Source: Candidatus Omnitrophota bacterium (lineage in GTDB: Bacteria; Omnitrophota; Gorgyraeia; Aquiviventales; Aquiviventaceae). Taken from it: DNA of 11,366 bases. The stretch covers positions 1 to 11,366 of the forward strand of contig JACPTX010000051.1 of assembly GCA_016192545.1 (NCBI GenBank). The letters are read 5' to 3'. Positions within the stretch are counted from its first letter, which is position 1. Every line of letters starts with the position of its first letter. Shown here in pieces: positions 6,998 through 11,366 of the stretch. The position numbers were made by a program, and so were the translations under genes. The notes below the pieces were generated by a model. That model saw nothing but the letters and a program-made list of their open reading frames with translations, was not told the origin of the DNA and ran no database searches.

Positions 6998-7522
6998 CTA
7001 CCGATGGCAGGCGAGGCAGTCGGTGGTGACCTGCCGCTGCCGATGGCACTCCAGGCAGCGGTCCATCGTGAGGGGAGCGGCCTGGCGGACGACGGGGGCC
7101 GTCACTTGGCTCAGGTCCCCGTGGCAGAGGGCGCAGTCAAGTTGCGCGAGCGTCACGTGGCGCCGGTGCGAGAAATACGCGTGCCCGGGCACCCGGTAGA
7201 CCTGCTTCCAGGGGATCTCCTCGCCGCGCGCGGCCACCTGCTCCAGCTGCGGCCCGACTCGGTCCAGCACCGGCGTCTGGACGCCGACCGCCGCGTGGCA
7301 GTCCACGCAGTCCGTGACCGCCGGGACGCCGGCGAAGGTCTCCGTTTCGGCCTGCGCATGGCAGGTCACGCAGGTGAGCCCCGCCGCGAGATGCTTCTGG
7401 TGGTTGAACGGGATGAGCGGCTGGACCGCCTGAGGGCGCTGGCTGGCGCGCTCGCGCATCGCGTAGAACGTCGTGCCCGCGAGGACCGCCAGGGCGACCA
7501 GCAGCAGGAGGCGCTCCCTCAT
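6998..7522 (-). CDS. Membrane-anchored pentahaem c-type cytochrome built from two c3/c7-like units. Candidates are ActA/QrcA-like or a CymA-like quinol-side partner.
   Basis: N-terminal hydrophobic helix MRERLLLLVALAVLAGTTFYA. Five CXXCH motifs (CVTCH, CVDCH, CALCH, CLECH, CLACH). Two F-x-H-x2-H motifs (FNHQKH, FSHRRH) precede haem sites. Confidence 0.85.
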   Translation of the reverse strand: MRERLLLLVALAVLAGTTFYAMRERASQRPQAVQPLIPFNHQKHLAAGLTCVTCHAQAETETFAGVPAVTDCVDCHAAVGVQTPVLDRVGPQLEQVAARGEEIPWKQVYRVPGHAYFSHRRHVTLAQLDCALCHGDLSQVTAPVVRQAAPLTMDRCLECHRQRQVTTDCLACHR

Positions 7523-7543
7523 GTCGTCGGCCGAGAGGAGGCG

Positions 7544-8428
7544 CTAGGACGTGGTGGCGTGAGGTGGAGGGGGGCTCTTCGGAACACCTTGCGCAAGCGC
7601 CGTGAGGCCGGTCATCGCTCCCAGGTTCATGGTCTCCACGGCACTGGAAGGCACGATGATGATGGTGGAGCTCTGACGCATGCCCTCCAGCAGGATGTTC
7701 ATGGCGCGCAGGTGCAGGGCCGTCGGGTTCTCCGCGTACGCGCGGGAGGCTTCTTCGAAGCTGCGGGCCACCTGGCGCTCCGAGTCTCCCAGGATGATCC
7801 GCGCCTGCCGTTCGCGCTCGGCCTGGGCCTGCATCGACATCGCGTTCTGGAGCGCCTCGGGGATCTTCACGTCCCGGATCTCGACGGACAGGGCCTTGAT
7901 GCCCCACGGCTCGGTGCGGTGGTCGATCGTCTCGCACAGCAGCACGTCAATCTTGTCCCTTCCGATGAGCATCTCCGCCAGGTCCGTCTTGCCGATCACG
8001 TCCCGCAGGGCGGTTTGCGAGGCCCAGGCGATCGCCTCGCGGTAATTCTCGACTTCCAGCGCCGCTTTGATCGAGTCCACCACCCGCCAGAACAGCACGG
8101 CGTCCACGTCAACCGGCACGCTGTCCTTCGTCAAGGTCTGCTCGGCGGCGAATGGTGTGGTGATGGTCCGCAGGTCGATCCAGTGGGAGATGGCGTCGAG
8201 GATCGGCACGATCAGGAAGAACCCGGGCCCCTTGAGCCGGTGGAACCTTCCCAACCGCAAGACCACCGCCTTCTGCCACTGCTGGGCCACGCGGATCGCC
8301 GGGCTCAGCAGCAGCCCGACGGCGACCATGCCCACCGTCACCCACGGATTCCCGGTCGCCGCCCCTCCGACGAAGCCTACGGCGACGAGTGCGAGAAAGA
8401 GCAGGATCGCCAATGGGTGCGTCCCCAT
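7544..8428 (-). CDS. SPFH/band-7 (stomatin-prohibitin-flotillin-HflK/C) family membrane protein.
   Basis: N-terminal transmembrane segment followed by QQWQKAVVLRLGRFHRLKGPGFFLIVPILD...IDLRT and a long Ala/Glu/Arg-rich coiled region. AAGGAGG lies 9 nt upstream of the ATG. Confidence 0.85.
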   Translation of the reverse strand: MGTHPLAILLFLALVAVGFVGGAATGNPWVTVGMVAVGLLLSPAIRVAQQWQKAVVLRLGRFHRLKGPGFFLIVPILDAISHWIDLRTITTPFAAEQTLTKDSVPVDVDAVLFWRVVDSIKAALEVENYREAIAWASQTALRDVIGKTDLAEMLIGRDKIDVLLCETIDHRTEPWGIKALSVEIRDVKIPEALQNAMSMQAQAERERQARIILGDSERQVARSFEEASRAYAENPTALHLRAMNILLEGMRQSSTIIIVPSSAVETMNLGAMTGLTALAQGVPKSPPPPHATTS

Positions 8429-8446
8429 GATCGCTTGCCTCCTTCG

Positions 8447-10522
8447 TCAGAATTGCTGAGTCACCTCAAGCCAGATCACGTGGGCGGTATAGTCGCCGGA
8501 CTCGACGTTCTCGTTGGGGTTGTAGGTGTAGAGCGCGTAGTCAAGCCCGAGCGACGTCTGGTCACTCGGCGACCATGCGATTCCTGTCGTGAGGTCAAGC
8601 CGGTGGAAATCCGCCCCGAACGGCATCCCGGTGTCGGCGAAGTCATTGAAGTTCTGCGCCCGGGAATAGAGGAGCGAGCTGGTCCACGTCAGGTTCGGCT
8701 TGGGCGCGTAGTCCGCGCTGAAGAGCCAGCTCGAAACGTCGGCGTTGAACGTCGGGATGTTGGAGGGCGTCGAGGCATACCGGGCCGGCGTCGTGGTCGC
8801 GGCGTTCTGCCGGGAAAACGACGCCGTCGTCACCAGTTCTTTCAGCGGCTGCAGCGTCACGTCGTAGGTGTAGATGTGGGAGCGCGTGCCCGTCTTCACG
8901 GTGTCCTGCGATTCCGCCCGCGTGCTGTAATCGTCGTCGCGGTACTGGTAGCGGACGGAGGACCGGAACCACCGGCACGGCCGGAGGGTAAAGCGCGTGA
9001 CGAACTCGTTGGTGTGGATGTTCTGCTCGTCAATGAACGCCGACCGGGCCCCGCTCGCCACGGTCTCCCGCTGGTCGTCGTAGTCGTTGTTGTTGACCCG
9101 CCGGCGCACGTGCGCCGTGAGATCCAGGAACGGCCAGGGGCTGCTGCGCCCGCCGAGCGTCCAGACGCCCCGGCGCACGTCCGTGACCGTCTCGCGCATG
9201 AAGACCTCGGTGGCCACCGCGTCATTCCCCGTGTCCGGGCCGTCGAGGCTCTGGCGGTCCTCCCGCATGAGCACCCGGGACTGCTCGAATTCCAGCTCCG
9301 TATAGAGCGCCGTCCGGGGAAGGCCGGTGAAGCGCAACGAGAACCCCTCCCCCCACCGCGCCGCCTTCGTGTCCGTCAGGTTCGCCTCCGTGTGATCCAC
9401 CACCAGGTCGAAGGCCTCCGGGGACGTGACGTATTCCGAGTAGGCGGGATAGGTGGAGTTGCTTTGCCGTTTGATGACCTCGGACTTCAGCTTGGTGCCG
9501 AAGGACAGCGATTCCCCCAGCTGCGTCGTCAGGTTCCCCACCCAGGTGTGCGAGTCATAGTCGTTGTCTGCCCGCGAGTCGAACTTGTTCTCGGCGCGCG
9601 AAAAGTTCGTGACGACGCCGGCGGCGTTCATCTCGATCAGGGTTTCATACTCGCGGCTGTCCAGGTGCGCGAAGTGGTAGCCCGTCGACAGGAACACCTT
9701 CTCGTTCAGGAAATGGCGCTCGGCCCCCAGGGTCGTGGTCATGAGGGTTGACTCCGGCGCCTGGTCCTGGGTGCGCATCAGCGACTCCGAGGCGGTGGCG
9801 TTCGTCGAGCGGTACACTTCATGCCGGACGGTCTCCGAGCGCGCGAACTCCCACCGCTGCTCCCCGCGCAAGGCGAATCCCGCGAGCTCGTGGTTGGCCG
9901 TGAGCGCGAAGGCATCCACAATCTCGTCAATGTCCTGCCACGAGGGGCCGATCTTCCTGGCTTCCCCGGCCTCGGTCACGGACGTCCACGTCAGGCGGGA
10001 TTTGGCCCCGTCCTTGAATTCCCGCTCATAGGCGAACGACAATTCCGGCCACCCTTCCAGCGTCAGGCCGGTTTCCACACCCAACTTCCCGATGTCCAGC
10101 GCCAGGTCTTCATCGGCATCAATAGTCTGGAAGGTCGAAAAACGCCGATGGGTCCCGCCATTGCCGTCGAAGTATTTGCGGAACTCGGAATACTCCAGAT
10201 TGAAGAAGCCGAGCGTATCCTTCTTGAGTTCCACATCCGTTCCGAAGTCATTCTGGCTTGGGAACGCATGCCCTTCAGCGGAGAGGAACGTGCCATCAGG
10301 CAGGGTGTGCCGGAACAGGAACTCCTTCACCCCGCCTGCGTAGCCCTCTTTCATCCAGTGGTGGGCGCGGAATTTTTCGACGTCGCCGTCCACGAAGGCA
10401 TAGCGCATCGGCACCAGCGCCACGGCGACTTCCGGGTCCGCGGCCTCCACCCCACCAGGCCAGCACCAAAACCCGCCGGCCGCCACCATGGCCAGGACCG
10501 TCACGCGTCGCATGGCTCGCAT
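8447..10522 (-). CDS. Outer-membrane beta-barrel protein of 691 aa. Its context suggests an MtrB/PioB/MtoB-like porin of a porin-cytochrome conduit.
   Basis: Signal peptide MRAMRRVTVLAMVAAGGFWCWPGGVEA|AD. Polar/aromatic alternating beta-strand patterns throughout. Terminal ...YTAHVIWLEVTQQF ends in Phe. GGGAGG lies 7 nt upstream of the ATG. The gene sits immediately (15 nt) downstream of a multihaem cytochrome c gene. Confidence 0.6.
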   Translation of the reverse strand: MRAMRRVTVLAMVAAGGFWCWPGGVEAADPEVAVALVPMRYAFVDGDVEKFRAHHWMKEGYAGGVKEFLFRHTLPDGTFLSAEGHAFPSQNDFGTDVELKKDTLGFFNLEYSEFRKYFDGNGGTHRRFSTFQTIDADEDLALDIGKLGVETGLTLEGWPELSFAYEREFKDGAKSRLTWTSVTEAGEARKIGPSWQDIDEIVDAFALTANHELAGFALRGEQRWEFARSETVRHEVYRSTNATASESLMRTQDQAPESTLMTTTLGAERHFLNEKVFLSTGYHFAHLDSREYETLIEMNAAGVVTNFSRAENKFDSRADNDYDSHTWVGNLTTQLGESLSFGTKLKSEVIKRQSNSTYPAYSEYVTSPEAFDLVVDHTEANLTDTKAARWGEGFSLRFTGLPRTALYTELEFEQSRVLMREDRQSLDGPDTGNDAVATEVFMRETVTDVRRGVWTLGGRSSPWPFLDLTAHVRRRVNNNDYDDQRETVASGARSAFIDEQNIHTNEFVTRFTLRPCRWFRSSVRYQYRDDDYSTRAESQDTVKTGTRSHIYTYDVTLQPLKELVTTASFSRQNAATTTPARYASTPSNIPTFNADVSSWLFSADYAPKPNLTWTSSLLYSRAQNFNDFADTGMPFGADFHRLDLTTGIAWSPSDQTSLGLDYALYTYNPNENVESGDYTAHVIWLEVTQQF

Positions 10523-10537
10523 TGTCCGCCTCCCGGG

Positions 10538-11366
10538 TTAATAGCGCAGGTGCTCGTCAAAGTTCGACCCGTGCGGGGCCGTATGACAGCCCGCGCTGAA
10601 ACACGTCCCCTGATTCAGCCGGCCCGAATGGCTCGACCCCCCGATCGTCGGGAAGTTGGTCTGGGTATGGCAGCGCAGGCAGAGGTTGACATCCCGCACC
10701 AGCAGCATCTTTTCGTGAATCGAGCCGTGGACCTTATGGCAGGTCGTGCAACCCTCCCGCAGCGCCTCGTGTTCCCACACGAACGGCCCGCGCTGCTCCT
10801 TGTGGCATCGGAAGCACGCCTCATTGATGTCTTTCAGCGACGTGGCGGACCACGGCCGGACGTCCGGGGCGTGGGCGTTGTGGCAATCCGCGCAACTCAT
10901 CTTGCCCTCAAGCAGCGGGTGGTGGTAGGGCAATCGAAACTCCGCTTTCTTATCTAAATGGCAAGCGAAGCAGGTGCTGGGGTCTTTGCGCGGATTAATG
11001 ATGCCGCCCACCCCGCGGCCTCCCCCGGCCTCGACGTGCAGGCTGCCGGGCCCGTGGCACATCTCACAGCCCTGCCCTTTGACGTTCTCGTCGGTAATCC
11101 TGATCCTGGCGTGGGTCGACTGCTGGAACTCTTGGTACTTCTTTTCGTGGCATGCCCGGCAGGTTTCCGTGCCGACGTATTCGGCTTCCGGTGGCTCGAC
11201 CGGCTTGGCGGACTCCTCGGCGGACTCGGCCCATGCCTCAGGCGCGACTAACCGACTGAGATACGCTTGCAACTGGCCTGCGGCATCGGGTGACTGCCGC
11301 GAAGAGTGCGGAGGGCTTTCTTCGACGTCGTTCTTCTTGATCGGCGCGACACCCGCCGGCACAGAC
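10538..11366 (-). CDS. Multihaem c-type cytochrome with at least 8 haems in the window. The N-terminus lies beyond the right window edge. MtrA/PioA/OmaB-like periplasmic partner of the downstream beta-barrel.
   Basis: CRACH, CEMCH, CFACH, CADCH, CFRCH, CTTCH, CLRCH plus CFSAGCH (CX4CH), spaced about 25-30 aa apart with interleaved His. The ORF is open to the window edge; the listed 'M' at 11362 is a GTG. Confidence 0.9.
   Translation of the reverse strand, partial: SVPAGVAPIKKNDVEESPPHSSRQSPDAAGQLQAYLSRLVAPEAWAESAEESAKPVEPPEAEYVGTETCRACHEKKYQEFQQSTHARIRITDENVKGQGCEMCHGPGSLHVEAGGGRGVGGIINPRKDPSTCFACHLDKKAEFRLPYHHPLLEGKMSCADCHNAHAPDVRPWSATSLKDINEACFRCHKEQRGPFVWEHEALREGCTTCHKVHGSIHEKMLLVRDVNLCLRCHTQTNFPTIGGSSHSGRLNQGTCFSAGCHTAPHGSNFDEHLRY

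Noticed and set aside
9055-9100. Codon-repeat-like run gtcgtcgtagtcgttgttgttgac (VVVVVVV in the plus frame)
   Set aside because: It is simply the antisense of the porin segment RRVNNNDYDDQ, a coding low-complexity loop, not a tandem repeat element or CRISPR array.
6974-9751. 925-aa ORF on the plus strand
   Set aside because: It lies antisense to the SPFH gene, the pentahaem cytochrome and the porin, all of which have clear family signatures. Its translation is Arg/Gly/Pro/Ala/Val/Asp-rich low-complexity sequence with no motifs, as expected for a shadow ORF in roughly 68% GC DNA.
9821-10957. 378-aa plus-strand ORF
   Set aside because: Antisense to the porin and the multihaem cytochrome. No motifs; a high-GC shadow ORF.
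1-11366. Searched for tRNA/rRNA, CRISPR repeats, IS inverted repeats or transposase motifs
   Set aside because: None seen. There are no direct repeats with regular spacing and no DDE/HTH-transposase-like ORFs. The whole window is accounted for by the minus-strand respiratory genes.

Overview
This is a GC-rich bacterial window of roughly 67-68% GC by eye. Every convincing gene is on the minus strand, and the genes are closely spaced or overlap (ATGGAACTGA, ATGGAAGGCCTAG and TAATG start/stop overlaps). The window looks like a respiratory or extracellular electron transfer supercluster. In transcription order (high to low coordinate) it contains: (1) a 5'-truncated multiheme c-type cytochrome with at least 8 haems; (2) a 691-aa beta-barrel outer-membrane protein with a signal peptide and a C-terminal Phe, together resembling an MtrAB/PioAB/MtoAB-like porin-cytochrome pair; (3) a stomatin/SPFH (band-7) membrane protein; (4) a membrane-anchored pentahaem cytochrome made of two c3/c7-like units; (5) after a 77-bp AT-rich gap, a small XRE-family helix-turn-helix regulator translationally coupled to (6) a Tat-exported molybdopterin-oxidoreductase-family subunit; (7) a Tat-exported four-cluster ferredoxin subunit; (8) a NrfD/PsrC-family integral membrane subunit of 454 aa; (9) a monohaem cytochrome c; (10) a Rieske 2Fe-2S protein with a Tat signal; (11) a b6-type cytochrome b fused to a subunit-IV-like domain, whose reading frame is broken and which appears to lack transmembrane helix E; (12) the start of a paired-CXXCH cytochrome c that runs off the left edge. 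Genes 4-9 together look like an alternative-complex-III / Qrc-like quinone-interacting module. I see no rRNA, tRNA, CRISPR array or recognisable insertion sequence. All long plus-strand ORFs are antisense shadow ORFs typical of high-GC DNA. I cannot run searches, so family assignments rest on motifs I could read directly: CXXCH counts, Rieske boxes, Cys clusters, Tat RR motifs, bis-His spacing in cytochrome b, PEWY, and the SPFH core.
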